The notes: generated by a model from the letters alone, not told the origin. DNA of 64,000 nt from the human T2T-CHM13v2.0 reference genome, Homo sapiens (GCF_009914755.1 NC_060925.1); one strand, 5' to 3'. Counted from the stretch's first letter, positions 14,467-32,343 are shown. Made by a program: numbers and translations.

Positions 14467-15698
14467 GGACTGAAGTCACACTTGTCCAGTTTGCAAATCT
14501 ATTTCTTGTTTTCACAAAGCTGAGCCTTCCACATGAGGAAGCCAGAGAAATTGCCCCACAGGAGGTCACTGCCTTCTCCTGTTGGCCAGAACTGGACCAG
14601 AGCTGCAGTACCTACAGGGCCCCACCTCAGGCCGGTTCTCAGAGTCTCCGGAATGGCCTGGAAATGCCAACTCTCACACTGTGTCTCTAAACGGGCTCTG
14701 GAGTCAGTGAGCCTTGGTTTAAATCCCCTATGCACTCTGTAACTGGCTGTGTTAAGAGACACTATCTCTTAACCTCACTGTGCCTCAGCTTCCTCATCTG
14801 AAAATGGGGACAATAATAGTGCCTGACTCGGGTATTAGTGAGGACTGAAAATGGTGCAACATCAGTGTTTAATAAATGTTAGATCTCATTATCTGTACGA
14901 CTGTGTAATCATTTAGAGAGGGAAGGAGTCCAGGTGGCCTGTGACTGGTACCAGCCGGTCGAGGGCAGGAGTGACCTGGGGCCTCCCACCCTGGCTGACC
15001 TCATTGCTGCCAGACCTGTCCCCAGGTGAGGGGCACCAGAATGTTTCTCCCATTGGACAGACAAGGAAGCTGAGGCCTGCAGCCCCTGGGACTTGTTCAG
15101 GGTCCCAGGATGAATGTACAGAGGAGAGGATGGGTGTTAGGAGTGTGGGGTACTTGGGGCCCTACGGCCCTGCCTTGGACCCAGCCCCAGCCTCCGAGGC
15201 TGTCTGGATACAGTAATGTCGTGCCCTTGTGCCTGGGAGGGGAGATGGAGAGGAGTGCGTGGGCCTGGGGCTGGTGTCCCTCTGATCAGCTTCTATGGGG
15301 AAGGCCATGGCACAGTGGCCTGGAGCCTGGCTTTGGGCTGGGCTGCCTAGGCATGGATCCCAGCATCATCAGCTTTGAGCTGTGTGATCTCGGGCAAGTC
15401 AATTCATCTCTTTGACTCAATGCTATGAACATTTCTTGAGTGCTTTCTACAAGTTTTCAAAAGATTGGAAAATTTTTCAGGAAGTAAAACAGATTTTCCT
15501 CACTAGCAACAGAACTCAGGACCCAGTTCTCCAGGTGGTCAGGTGCTTTTGTTCACACGTCTAAGTCAGAAACTACAGAGTCAACAGGTTGTCATAAAAC
15601 ATTGTCATATCTGAGATGAAAATTCAGTATCACAAATTTGAACTTGAAGGAAACTTAGACCTCCCCTAGCCCAGTGGTTTTAAAAATATTTTATTTCA

Positions 15699-15977
<279 letters not shown>

Positions 15978-16229
15978 TCAAAAAAAAATTATTTCAAATC
16001 CCTTGTTTAAAAGAAATATTCAATATATAAGAGGCAGCAGGTCTGATCAAGTACCCTCTCATCAGTACCAGGGAACCCAGGGATCCCCAGAGCACAACGT
16101 GAAAGCTGATCTCCTAGTTCCTAAATCTCCTAGACACAGGCCCAGAAGGGACAGCCTTGGACAAGGGCACACGGAGACTTGATTTCAGAGCTGGAATGTG
16201 GCAATGCAGAGATCAGGATTGCCAGTGGA

Positions 16230-18770
<2,541 letters not shown>

Positions 18771-18856
18771 GAACAGGCCAGGTGCGGTGGCTCACGCCTG
18801 TAATCTCAGCACTTTGGGAGGCCAAGGCAGGTGGATCACCTGGGGTCAGGAGTTCA

Positions 18857-19057
<201 letters not shown>

Positions 19058-19191
19058 TCAAAAAATAAATAGGCTGGGCGCAGTGGCTCATGCCTGTAAT
19101 CCCAGCACTTTGGGAGGCCGAGGTGGGCGAATCACCTGAGGTCGAGAGTTCAAGACCAGCCTGACCAACTGGAGAAACCCCGTCTCTACTA

Positions 19192-19350
<159 letters not shown>

Positions 19351-19515
19351 TCAAATAAATAAATAAATAAACAAACAATAAAATAAAATAAAATAAATAA
19401 ACCTAAAGAACAAAAGCTTCCATCCACCAGATTTAGGAGGAAAGATTAGACACACAGACCTATAAAGGGAGCAGTAATCACCCCCTCCTTCTTCAAGAAT
19501 TGCTTTAGCATTTAA

Positions 19516-19948
<433 letters not shown>

Positions 19949-20657
19949 TAGGTTTAGAGAGGTTAGGGACTTGCCTAAGATCACACAGCAGCAGAAGGAT
20001 TTTTTTTTTTTTTGAGACAGGGTCTCACTCTGTTGCCCAGGCTGGAGTGCAGTGACATGATCGTAGCTCACTGAAGCCTTGAACTCCTGGGCTCAAGCAA
20101 TCTTACTGCCTCAGCCTCCCAAGTAGGTGGGACCACAGGTGTGCACCACCACAGCCGGATGATTTTTGTATTTTTTTTTGTAGTGATGAGGTCTTGCAAT
20201 GTTGCCCAGGCTGGTCTTGAATTCCTGGGCTTATGAGAGCCTCCCACCTCAGCCTGCCCAAGTGCTGGGATTGCAGGTGTGAGCCACTGCGCCTGGCCAG
20301 CAGAAGGAGTTCATCACAGGTTTTCTGACTGAGTGCTCTTTCCTCTCCCAGCAGGTGCTTAGAAAGGAGAAAACATACAGTCTGGACAGAGGAAGGAGTG
20401 GGATGGCTGGGCACAGTGGGGAACAATGTGGGCAAAGGTTTGGGAGGTGGAAAGTGGACGGACCTTTGCAGCCTTGAAGGAAGTGTGATCGAGCTAGGCT
20501 GACGGCACGGCAAAGCTTGGGTATTAAGGTGGAGTCCAGCCAGTTTCTGAGGTGCCTGAAGGCTGGGAGAGTTTTTCTTTCTTTTTTTTCTTTTCTTTTC
20601 TTTCTTTTTTTCGTTTTTGAAACAGAATCTCACTCTGTCACCCAGGCTGGAGGGTAG

Positions 20658-20942
<285 letters not shown>

Positions 20943-21223
20943 TGAGACAGAGTCTTGGTCTGTTGCTCAGGCTGGAGTGCAATGGCAGGATCTTGGCTCT
21001 CTGCAACCCTTGCCTCCCAGGTTCAAGTGATTCTCCTGCCTCAGCCTCCTGAGTAGCTGGGATTACAGGTGCCCGCCACCATGCCCGGCTAATTTTTGTA
21101 TTTTTAGTAGAGACAGGGTTTCACCATGTTGGCCAGGCTGGTCTTGAACTCCTGATCTTGTGATCCGTCCACCTCAGCCTCCCAAAGTGCTGGGATTACA
21201 GGTGTGAGCCACTGTGCCTAGCC

Positions 21224-22102
21224 TTTCTTTCTTTCTTTCTTTTAACAAGAAATTTGTTATAGTTTTATTTTCCTTTGCATTTGCAAAATACTTAGGACCA
21301 ACATGAAAAAGAAATACCTTCTATGGGGAAAAAAATGGCATTAAAAAGGAAGATGGGAAGGCTGAAAGGGATTTGTGCCTTAGTTGCAAGGAGCTGCAGC
21401 ATCTCTGGTCCAAGGAATCAAAAAGATATTGGGAAGATATAACAGGAGGAAGAAGAATGTGAATTTACTGAGGGAGAGGGCCCCAAAGTGGGCCTTGAGG
21501 GGGAACTGGAGGCCCCGGAGTGGGTCTGGGTGGAGGGAGAGTCCCCCCCGGAAGCCATAGGGTGGGTGTTGGGGAGGGCCAGTGTATCCATGAGGCAGCA
21601 TCGGTGGAGGAGGTCCACACATACCATGGAGGCATAGGACGTGAGTGACCCATGGGAGATCCAGACCGAGACCCCTTGGGGGACATGCTCATTGGAGGAG
21701 GTCCAGGATGAGGCATTCCAGGTGGTGATCAGGGTGGTGGCTGCCCCCCAGATCCTGGGGTCCCATCACGGGTGTGTCCTCAGCCATGAGGGCCATGGTT
21801 TGCCAGCTGCATCTGAGACATCCCTGGATGGGACATCGCACCTATTGGGAACGGGTGAGGATGTGAGTGTCCATGACCCGGATGTCCTGCCCCTGGGGTT
21901 CCTACCAGTGGGAGCCGGGGGCATGTCCTGCAGCCCCAAGAGGCATAGGTGGTGGGGACATGGCTGGGGGTATCCCAGATGTGCGGGGGCTCCAGGAGGC
22001 AGCTCTAGGTGCGGGAAGGAGCCAAGAGGAGGCACGCCTGGTGGAGGAAGCCCAGACCCCAGTGATGCTGCCACAGGATTCGGGGCAGAGGGTGGAGGAG
22101 GT
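21224..22102 (-). pseudogene. 5'-truncated processed pseudogene of SF3B4 (Pro/His/Gly-rich C-terminal half + 3'UTR + decayed poly(A))
   Basis: Minus-strand peptides [79 protein letters not shown] follow SF3B4 with frameshifts; AATAAA at 21264-21269 (-), A-rich tail 21224-21243; no introns. Confidence 0.88.
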
Positions 22103-22179
22103 TCCCGGGGACCTGATGGCCAAGAGAATGTCGCTCATCTTGCACGTGCAAAAGTTGCCCTGGGACCACGTGCCTTGCC

Positions 22180-22400
22180 TGCGGAGGACCCGGCAAAACC
22201 TGTACCAGGACGTCGGTGGCCACGCCCACGGCTCAGGGCTGGGCGGGGCCAAGCGCGGGGCAGCACGCTCTGCTCTCCGACGTCCCCTCCCGCCCGCGAC
22301 CTGCCGACCTGCGGGGATCGTTAGCGGTCCCAGCCCCCGTCTAGATTCAAATCCGACTGGGTGAAGGAGGACCCGAGGAGGACCCACGCACGTGAGGGCA
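22180..22400 (+). promoter_or_regulatory. C1orf167: CpG-rich putative C1orf167 promoter / first exon (donor after 22360)
   Basis: Local CpG cluster, GC box gggcgggg at 22241-22248, GG|gtgaag donor in phase with exon 2 acceptor at 24417. Confidence 0.6.
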
Positions 22401-24486
22401 GATCCATGAGGGCAGGAAACTGACCTCAGACTCTTTTGGTGGCAAGAGGAGGGAGGCTGTGAGCCCCCTTAAGTGGACAGGGGTGGGGGTGGAGTGGGAG
22501 GGGGGAGTCTGAGGGAGACGGACGAGGAGCGGAGAAATGGACCGAAGAGCTCCGGCGTGAGGGGCAGGGGTGCAGGAAGGTCTCCTGTGGATTGAGCGGC
22601 CTCAAGTCAACTTGGGCAAGAGGGGATGGTGGGGTGTTCTTGGTTAGGAGTCTGCGCTGTGGAGCCAGCCCTGGGGTGCTCCCTCTGAGGCCTTGGGTGG
22701 GACAGGCCCTTCTAAGCTCCTGTCCTCATTTCTAAAACAGGGAACCTAAGTCCCAGGGCTGCGGTGCAGATTAAATGGCAGGACGCCTGCTGAAGGCTGC
22801 AAGGTGCCTAGCACGGTTGTCATTTATTCAATGTGCATTTACAAGCCCCTGCTGGGGGTCAGGCATTGTTCTATGGGCTGCAAATCCAGCAGGGAAACAA
22901 ACAAACAAAAAAAACCAGCCTGCCCTCGTGTGGCTCCTAGGCCACTGGAGGGAGAAATACACTAATTTCTTCACTATGTTAGGTGGCCGCAAGTGCAGGG
23001 CAAAGAGAGTGAGGAGAGGCCAGGTTGCTGCAGTTGGAGAGACAGTGGGCAGGGAGGGCTCACTGTGATGTGGGAGGCAAGACTTGAAGGCAGAGGGGAC
23101 AGCAGCACAGAGGCGCTGAGGTGAGGTCGTGTGTGCCATTTGGAGGAGCAGCCAGGGGGCTGGTGTGTGTGGAGGACAGTGGGCAAGGGGAAGAGGAATT
23201 GGGGAGGACCATAACTGGCAGCCAGATTTTAAAGACTTTGCGGGGCTGGGTGTGGTGGCTCACGCCTGTAATCCCAGCACTTTGGGAGGCCGAGGCGGGC
23301 CAATCACCTGAGGTCAGGAGTTCGAGACCATCCTGGCCATCATGGTGAAACCCTGTCTCTACCAAAAAATAGAAAAATTAGTCTGGCGTGGTGGCATGTG
23401 CCTGTGGTTCCAGCTTGTTAGAGGCTGAGGTGGGAGGATCCCTTGAGCCCAGGGAGGCAGGCGGAGGTTGCAGTGAGCCGGGATCACGCCATTGTACCAG
23501 CCTGGGTGGCAAAGTGAGACTCCGGCTCAAAAAAAAAAAAAAAAAGGTTTTGCAGCCTAAGGTATCTTGCAGCTATTGAGCTCTGCTATTGCAGCTGGAA
23601 AGCAGACAGTCTGTAAACAAATGGGCTTTGTTTCAATATAACTTTATTCACATAATAGACCACTGGCCCAGGCAGTAATTTGCTAACCTCTGGCCTACAG
23701 CCTTGAAGGCTCACGGGGCATTGAGGGGGCTGGAGAGCTTCTGTGGCATTAGAGTTGAGGCAGGGCATGATTTGATTTCAGTGTTTACAGGATCACCCTG
23801 CCGCCGCATGAAGAGGAGGCTGTCGGGCGTGAGGACGAGGCAGAATAAGGGTGACCAGTTGGGAGGTGGCAGGTGAGGGCCACTCCGCCCAGTGCTCCAG
23901 GGGTCAGATCCTGGATGCGTGTGGGAGGCAGAGCCTGTCAGAGCAGCCACTGGTGTGAGGGAGAAGGGGAATCGGGGTGGCTCCAGGATTTTTGTTTGAG
24001 CCACCAGAAGGCCGGAGCTGCCATCCGTGGAAAAGGGGGGCACCAAGATGGGAGAGAGCTGGTTGCGAGGACGGCTGGAGTTCAGTTTTGGACATATTAA
24101 TGCTGAGATGCCTGTTAGACATCCGGGTAGGCGTGGAGGAGGTCGCTGGACCTGCATGTTCAGACCTGTATGCAGATCAGCCGAGAGGTCTGGGGGGCAG
24201 GATGGGGCAGCATTTGACCTGGACACTTAATATGGAAAGGGGGGTGATAAGTAGGGCAGGGAGAGGAGCCACTGAGAGACCAGAACAGTGAGGGGCAGGC
24301 CCCAGGCAGCTGGGACCAGGCCAAGAGCAGCTAGGAGTACTGCTAAAGGGAGGAGGTAGGGATCAGAATGGGGTGGGGTTGAATGAGAGCCAGGGCAACC
24401 TGTCCTCTCCCCGCAGGGCCCATCTGATTAAACAGACCAGGCCACTCACTGTGGAGTGGACCAAGGATACTCCTGTCCCTGAGCCC

Positions 24487-24556
24487 ATGGAGCTAAGGTC
24501 TGATGCCAGCCACAAGGAGAATGTGTCCCCAAAGCCTGCAGCGCTCCCGAAGCCAG
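24487..24556 (+). CDS. C1orf167: C1orf167 exon 2 coding part (MELRSDASHKENVSPKPAALPKP); exon starts 24417; GC donor
   Basis: ccgcag| acceptor; ATG 24487 (cccATGG); CAG|gcaaga donor phases with exon 3. Confidence 0.8.
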
Positions 24557-24785
24557 GCAAGAGGCTTAGTGGGCCTGGATGGGCAGTTACAGGAGCAGGG
24601 CCCTCTCTAGGTATTGGCCCAGAGCCCCCCTCCCAGGCAGGCCAGCCTATAGGGCCTGGCTAATTCCAGAGATCAGCCACCCACGGTCGGCTGGACATAG
24701 GACAGAGTCTTCCCAGCCTGGGGCCTAAGGAGGGGGGTCTTGGGAGAGTGAGGTCAGGAAGAGGCCTGGCTGGTGCCCCTGGCTA

Positions 24786-25052
<267 letters not shown>

Positions 25053-25940
25053 TCACTTGTACCCAGGAGGCGGAGGTTGTAGTGAGCCGAGATGGCACCA
25101 CTGTGCTCTAGCCTGAGCCACAGAGCAAGACTCTGTCTCAAAAAAAAAAAAAAAAAAAAAAGAAAGCCACAGAGCTGGGCCAGCCAAGAAGGGGAGCAGC
25201 CCAAGAACAAATGTAGATTCTTGAATTCACATCCCAGTTTCTTCGTGTTCCAGCTGTGTGACCATGAGGCAAGTTGCTTGACCTCTCTGAGCTTTAGTTC
25301 CCATCCACAAAGGCAGTAACTTTTATGGCCCACTCTACCTGCCAGGCCCTGCGCCCAGAGCCTCCCGGTACCTCATCCATCCCCACAAGGACTCTGTGCC
25401 TGTGGAGTGGGCTTGGGGGCTGGGGAGGAGCTCCAAGGCCCCTCTCCATGTTCCCAGAGCAGCTTACCTTTAGCCGTGGCTCTATGGGGTCCTGCTTTCA
25501 CCCCAGCCCACTGCCCCCACCACCTCTTTGCTCAAGCCAGAAATCAAGGAGTCCCCCTTGATTCTTTTCTTTTTTTTTCCCTTTATTACCTGACTCTTCC
25601 AAGCCCGCTGGCTCCATCTCTGAAGTTTATCTGAATCTTCTCTTTACCCACCTGCTACCCCGATCCCACCACCGTCATCTCTCTCCTGGGACCCCCTCAA
25701 CAGCCTCCTAAATATCTCTCTGCTTCCCTCTGTCCAGCTCCAAGACCCCCCTACTCCAAGAGCCCCCGGGGCTGCCCATGGCTTCACCCAGGGAGACAGA
25801 GCTGGCAGAAGACCCTGGAAGTCTTAGCTCCCTCCCGCTGCTGGGGCCCTGTCCCCTCCCTGGCTCCGAGGCCTGGAGAGCTTCGCCTGTCCCACCTGAG
25901 TGCCAGCCACCCAAGTCATGACTGTCTCTCCTCTCTTTAG

Positions 25941-27169
25941 AGCAACGAAGATTCCGGAGGAGCCTGGGCATCGGCCTGAGTGGTAGACATGACCAGTGGG
26001 TGCCCGGGTGCCAGGTGGAGAGGGGAGGGCCTGCTGCCACACCCTCCCCAGGGGCAGTGCTAGACCAGGAGCCCTGCCGAGTCCAGACCAACCTGGCCAG
26101 CCCTGGTCCCCGCCTGGGCCTAGCTCTGAAGGACACGACTGGCCAACTGGTCAATTCAAGCTTCTGGCAACAGAGCAACCTGCAGTCCCTGGCCAGGAGG
26201 CGCCAAGGGAAGGCCCGAGAGTTTGCCATCCAGCAGAGCAACCTGAGCATCAACGAGACCAGCAGCCCCCACCTCTGCCCAGAGCCTGGGGGAAGCTCTG
26301 GGCCCCACAAGCTTCCCTGGGGTCCTCTCCTATCCCAAGAGCCACTGGCTCGCCCATCTTCCTGCCTGAGGCAGTCCGGGCTGCCGGCCCCAGGCACCCC
26401 TAGCGGGGACTTCAGGCCCACTGAAGCCTTTGCCCCTCTCGATGGGCATACACAGCCAGGCCTCAGATCCTGGGGTGGTCTGGGGAGCTGGAGGTCCAGG
26501 CTGGTGGGGGAACCTCTCACCCTGGAGGACCTGGCTGTCCCCAGTCAGAACCAGACTCAGGCCCCATCCCGTGCTGCCGTCCACCAGCTGCTGGCTTCTG
26601 TACATTGCCTGGCGCAGGAGGCAGCCCGACTCAGGTGCCAGGCTCCCCAGGAACCCCCCGGTGCTGTGCAGCAGGACCTCTGGACCGGCGGCGGCCAGCC
26701 ATTCTCCGCCCACCCCCAGCCCAGCCAGCCTGTCCTTGCTTCCTCGGATGGGAGGAGGAGACGCCTTCGAGGCCACAGGGAAACTGCGGCTTTCTTGGAG
26801 ACCCCGGCTAGTCTCTCAGACTCTTGGGCACAAAGCAAGCTAATGTCACCTGAGACCACTTTGGGGACACGGACCAAGGATTCCCTTAATCCTGAGCAGG
26901 GGCTCCCTCCTGCCCACCCCCTAGGGTCAGGGGACAGCTGCTCCCCCTGGTCTCAAGATGGCAGGGCACAGAGGGGTGACCCCAGTCTCCCTCGAGGGGT
27001 GGGAAGCAGGGGGACCGACCCCTGTTCCTCAGCCTTCTCCAACACAGCCTGGGGAGTCTCACCCAAGCAGAAAGGAGAGGAGGGGGCCCCGAGGGAGCGG
27101 GTCCACAGGGAGGAGGAGAGGACAGCTTTCCATCTGTCAGACACAGTCCCAGCGAGCAGTGCGTCGAAG
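25941..27169 (+). CDS. C1orf167: C1orf167 exon 3 (1229 nt, P/S/G-rich)
   Basis: ctctttag| acceptor, AAG|gtagag donor; contains most of ORF 26000..27274. Confidence 0.85.
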
Positions 27170-27304
27170 GTAGAGGCCCGGGGAGGCTGGAGGTGGGGTA
27201 GGGGGTGGGAGGTGTTGCTCCAGGGCAGGGAGGCTTGGCAGGGGGTGCCCTGTCCTGCCTGCTGCTTGGCCTGAGAACTGTGTTATGTACTCTTGCTTTC
27301 CCAG

Positions 27305-27348
27305 AACAAGGCACAAAACATCACAGCCCCGGAGTCTGAGGCAATCTG
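27305..27348 (+). CDS. C1orf167: C1orf167 exon 4 (NKAQNITAPESEAI)
   Basis: ttcccag| and |gtgagg; phase 0 to 2 consistent. Confidence 0.75.
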
Positions 27349-27554
27349 GTGAGGCCATGGCTGGGTGGGGACAGGGGTTGGAGTTGGGGGACACGTGCTC
27401 AGGACTCCGCTCCCATTTGCCTGTCCAAATGGAGATGAGGGCCTGATGGAGAGGAGGCAGGGTTTCAAGGAAGAGGAACTTACTACCTGTCCCTGCTGGG
27501 GGATGAAGGGAGCCTCCAGGGCCCCAGGGACAAGAACGAAGGGACTGATGCTCA

Positions 27555-28049
<495 letters not shown>

Positions 28050-28160
28050 TCATCACCCTACTGATTGCTGGAAAGGCATCTCAGAGGGTATCCAGCCACT
28101 GGGCTGTCCCTGGGGATAGGAGGGCAGTCCACACCCTGATCAGCCCTGGTCTGTCCCCAG

Positions 28161-28359
28161 CTGGCAGCTGTTGTCCAGATGTTTTCGATCCTGGAGGCAC
28201 TTGGTGAAGAGGCAGCGGGAGCCAGCGGCGGCGGCAGTGGCACTGGGCCGCTGGCAGCTGTTGCGAAAGTGCCTTCAGGCCTTGTGGCTCCGGGAGGCTC
28301 AGCTGGAGGCAGCATGGGGGCAGTACACAAAGGTTCTGCTGGTCCGGAGCTTCCGAGAG
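28161..28359 (+). CDS. C1orf167: C1orf167 exon 5 (WQLLSRCFRSWRH...LLVRSFRE)
   Basis: ccccag| and |gtcagc; 199 nt in phase. Confidence 0.82.
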
Positions 28360-29056
28360 GTCAGCGGTCTCCAGGTTGGGCCAGGGGGCCGTGTGAAGCA
28401 GTGGTGTGTCTGGGGAGGAGACTCAGTCTACGGAGAGGACACCCACTGGGCATAGGTGGCACCTCATGAATGATCAGCAGTAAAGGGTGTAGTTGTGAGT
28501 CCACACACCTGAATCAGCTCTGCCTGAGTTCAAATCCTGCCCCCTCTACCACTTTCTAGCTGCGTGACCTTGGGCAAGTTACCTAACCTCTCTGTGCCCC
28601 AGTCTCTTTATCTCTAAAATGGGATGATGATGATAATAGAACATACCTCTCTCAGGGTCGTTGTGAGATTAAATTAATAAGGGACTCAGAACTCTGCCTA
28701 GCATATAGCAAGCTAGTAGATAAGTGGTTGCTATTTTTTATTAGAGGTTTGCCAGCCAGGGCTGGGAGGGAGCATCTGTGTCCTTCCCTCCTTGGGAAAG
28801 GGGTGCTCTGAGAGGGTCCAGTCGCAGCTTTCATCTTTTAAGGAAAGCGTTGCCTCTTGGGATGCATCGCTCTATATTTGTTCATTCATTCATTCCTTCA
28901 TTCCCAAAGAAGGAATGAATAGGCAGAGTAATGGTTAAGACCACAGGCTGTGGAATCTGATAGGCATGTGTTACTCCTGTCCCCGCCCCTGCCTGGTGTT
29001 CCCTTGGGAGGCAGATTCAAGGCCAACATCTCCTTTCCCCTTCTCTCTTGAGCCAG

Positions 29057-29211
29057 TGGAGAAACCTGGCTTTACAGCAGAAACAAGTACAGCCCCACAT
29101 GCAGGCTGGGCCAGGGTCCCCGCCCTCCAGGAGAGCCCAGGGCAAAGGCCTCTCCTTGGGAAGAAGCACAGTGGTGGACCCCGCCCAGAGAAGCAGGCTG
29201 GAACACACCAG
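29057..29211 (+). CDS. C1orf167: C1orf167 exon 6 (WRNLALQQKQ...RLEHT)
   Basis: gccag| and |gttggt; 155 nt in phase. Confidence 0.75.
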
Positions 29212-29365
29212 GTTGGTCAGTGTTGCCTGGGAAGCCGGTGGCCTTTCTTCCCCAACTTCCTGCCTTGCCCCCACTACTTCCTCATCCCCACAAAAGAATG
29301 GGAATGAAATAAGCAGATGTGGGCAAAGATTTATGCAAAAAAGATGTCCATCATGGCATCATTTA

Positions 29366-29674
<309 letters not shown>

Positions 29675-29747
29675 CTAAATGCTCAACAGTGAGTGAGGAA
29701 ATGATGGTTTGACCATGTGATGAACAATTAGCAACCATCCAATATGA

Positions 29748-29961
<214 letters not shown>

Positions 29962-30830
29962 TAGCCAGGACCTCAAGTGATCCACCTGCCTCGGCCTCCC
30001 AAAGAGCTGGGATTACAGGCATGAGCCAGCCACCACGCCTGGCCAGGAAGATTTTTTACTGGTTATGTTTCCAATCATAGCAGTAATGCATGCTCAATTT
30101 GAAAAATATTCCAAATAGTTGGAAGTCTATTAATTAACTTGAAAGCTTCATCCTTTCATAGCCCCCTCCCTGGAAGTATTTTTATGAATATTTGCATAGC
30201 ATTTTTTAAAAAAAAGGGAAAATGGTGTGGCAATGTTAAATTTTTCTTAAAGGAGCATAAAAATGTATCCAAAATATTTTTCCCAACCACATAGTTGCAT
30301 AGAAACCACATGGTGCATAGAAAAAGGACCAGAAAGAAAAAAAAAAACCTGAAAATGTGCAATGTGAAAATCCCTAACACTGCTGAACTGTACACTTAAA
30401 AATGGTTACAATGGTAAACTTTCTGATGTGTATTTTACCACAATTAAGGAGTAAAAGATATTTCATTTAAAAATGCTAAAATGGAAACTATGCTTATCTC
30501 TGGGACAGTGGGATTAAAGTCGGTTATATTTTTCTTTTTTTTTTTTTCGAGTCAGAGTATCGCTCTGTTGCCCAGGCTGGAGTGTGTGGAACAATCTGGC
30601 TCACTGCAACCTCCGCCTCCTGGGTTCAAGCGATTCTCCCGCCTCAGGCTCCCAAGTAGCTGGGATTATAGGCACACACCACCACGCCTGGCTGATTTTT
30701 TTTTTTTTTTGTATTTTTGTATTTTTAGTAGAGATGGGGTTTCGCCATGTTGGTCAGGCTGGTCTCAAACTCCTGGCCTCAAGGTATCTGCCTGCCTCAA
30801 CCTACCACAGTGCTGGGATTATAGACGTGA

Positions 30831-31052
<222 letters not shown>

Positions 31053-31057
31053 TAATT

Positions 31058-31088
<31 letters not shown>

Positions 31089-31107
31089 CACCTCTGGCAG
31101 CGTGTGT

Positions 31108-31178
<71 letters not shown>

Positions 31179-31180
31179 TT
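31058..31180. repeat. Compound (TG)n-(TA)n-(T)n microsatellite in the central linker of an Alu
   Basis: Read directly. Confidence 0.9.
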
Positions 31181-31607
31181 GTAGTAGAGACGGAGTTTCA
31201 CTATGTCGGCCAGGCTGGTCTCAAACTCCTGGCTTCAAGTGATCTGCCCGTCTCAGCCTCCTAAAGTCCTCGGATTACAGGTGTGAGCCACCATGCCTGG
31301 CCATGTTCTTATTTTTAAATTGAACAAATGTATTTAAATAATTATTTAAATGATATTTATTTTAATACATGTTTGTTGTTTAAAAAAATCCAAATAGTAT
31401 TAAAGAGAATAAATCAAGAGCAGAACCTCCCCCCAGCAATAGCTTTTAAATCCGACATAAAATAAACTGTCCAGAAGAGGGTAGGGGGACTCAGCGCCCC
31501 CTGCTCCCAAGGGCAGACCGCACCTGCCTGGGGTGGGGCGGACAGGTTGGGACCGAGTGCCCTTCCTCCCGGGTCATCAGCTTCTCTCTGGGCAACTTTG
31601 CTTTTAG

Positions 31608-31720
31608 TCCAGGAAGTCTGAGGGAGGAGGAGATTGCTCAGCGGCTTCTGTCACATCCTAGGCAGAGAACAGACAGCAGACACGAGAGAGTCCAGATCCT
31701 GCAGGCCCTGCAACTGGCTG
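31608..31720 (+). CDS. C1orf167: C1orf167 exon 7 (PGSLREEEIAQRLL...ALQLA)
   Basis: cttttag| and |gtgaga; 113 nt in phase. Confidence 0.75.
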
Positions 31721-32165
31721 GTGAGACGTGGGGTGCTGGGAAAGCGGGGAGATGGAGCCTGGCCACGCAGGGCCTGAGCTCCACACTGGGCAGGGGCGGG
31801 GGACCCTGGGCGAATGAATGTTTATTTTGCATCTGCTTTGGCACATTCCCAGAGACAATCTCATTTGAGCCTCACAGTGACCCCCAAGAGGAACTGTGCC
31901 CATTTTACGGATGGGGAACTGAGGCACAGATAAGTTAAGTGACTTGTTTGAGGACACACAGCATGAGAGGAGCACGGCCTGCATTTCTGGGCTGATACAC
32001 TGATGCAGGCCCACACCAGAGGCTGGAGTATTGGAGCTAGACTTCACTTACTCAGAGATGGGGGGTGCCCTGCGACAGGCACCCCACATGTCAGGGGCCC
32101 CTCCTGGCTCAGATCCTCCCATCTGCTTACTCTCTCTTTTCTCTCCCTCCTCCCTCTCTCCTTAG

Positions 32166-32343
32166 TGTTCTTCCTGTGGTGCCAACAGAAGAAACGGGCC
32201 AGACAGGAGAGGGAGACTCTGCGGAAGGCCACCAGGGCCACACAGAGGACAGGGAGCTTCCCCCAGGCCTGGCACTCTACTGCTGCAGGTGTAGCCTGGG
32301 TGGCCCCACTGAGCCACCAGCACCAGAGAGCTTGGCTGTGCAG
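32166..32343 (+). CDS. C1orf167: C1orf167 exon 8 (VFFLWCQQKKRARQE...RAWLC)
   Basis: long pyrimidine tract + cttag|, |gtagga; 178 nt in phase. Confidence 0.82.

Noticed and set aside
25708-26520. 270-aa - strand ORF
   Set aside because: Antisense shadow of GC-rich C1orf167 exon 3 with no independent gene signals
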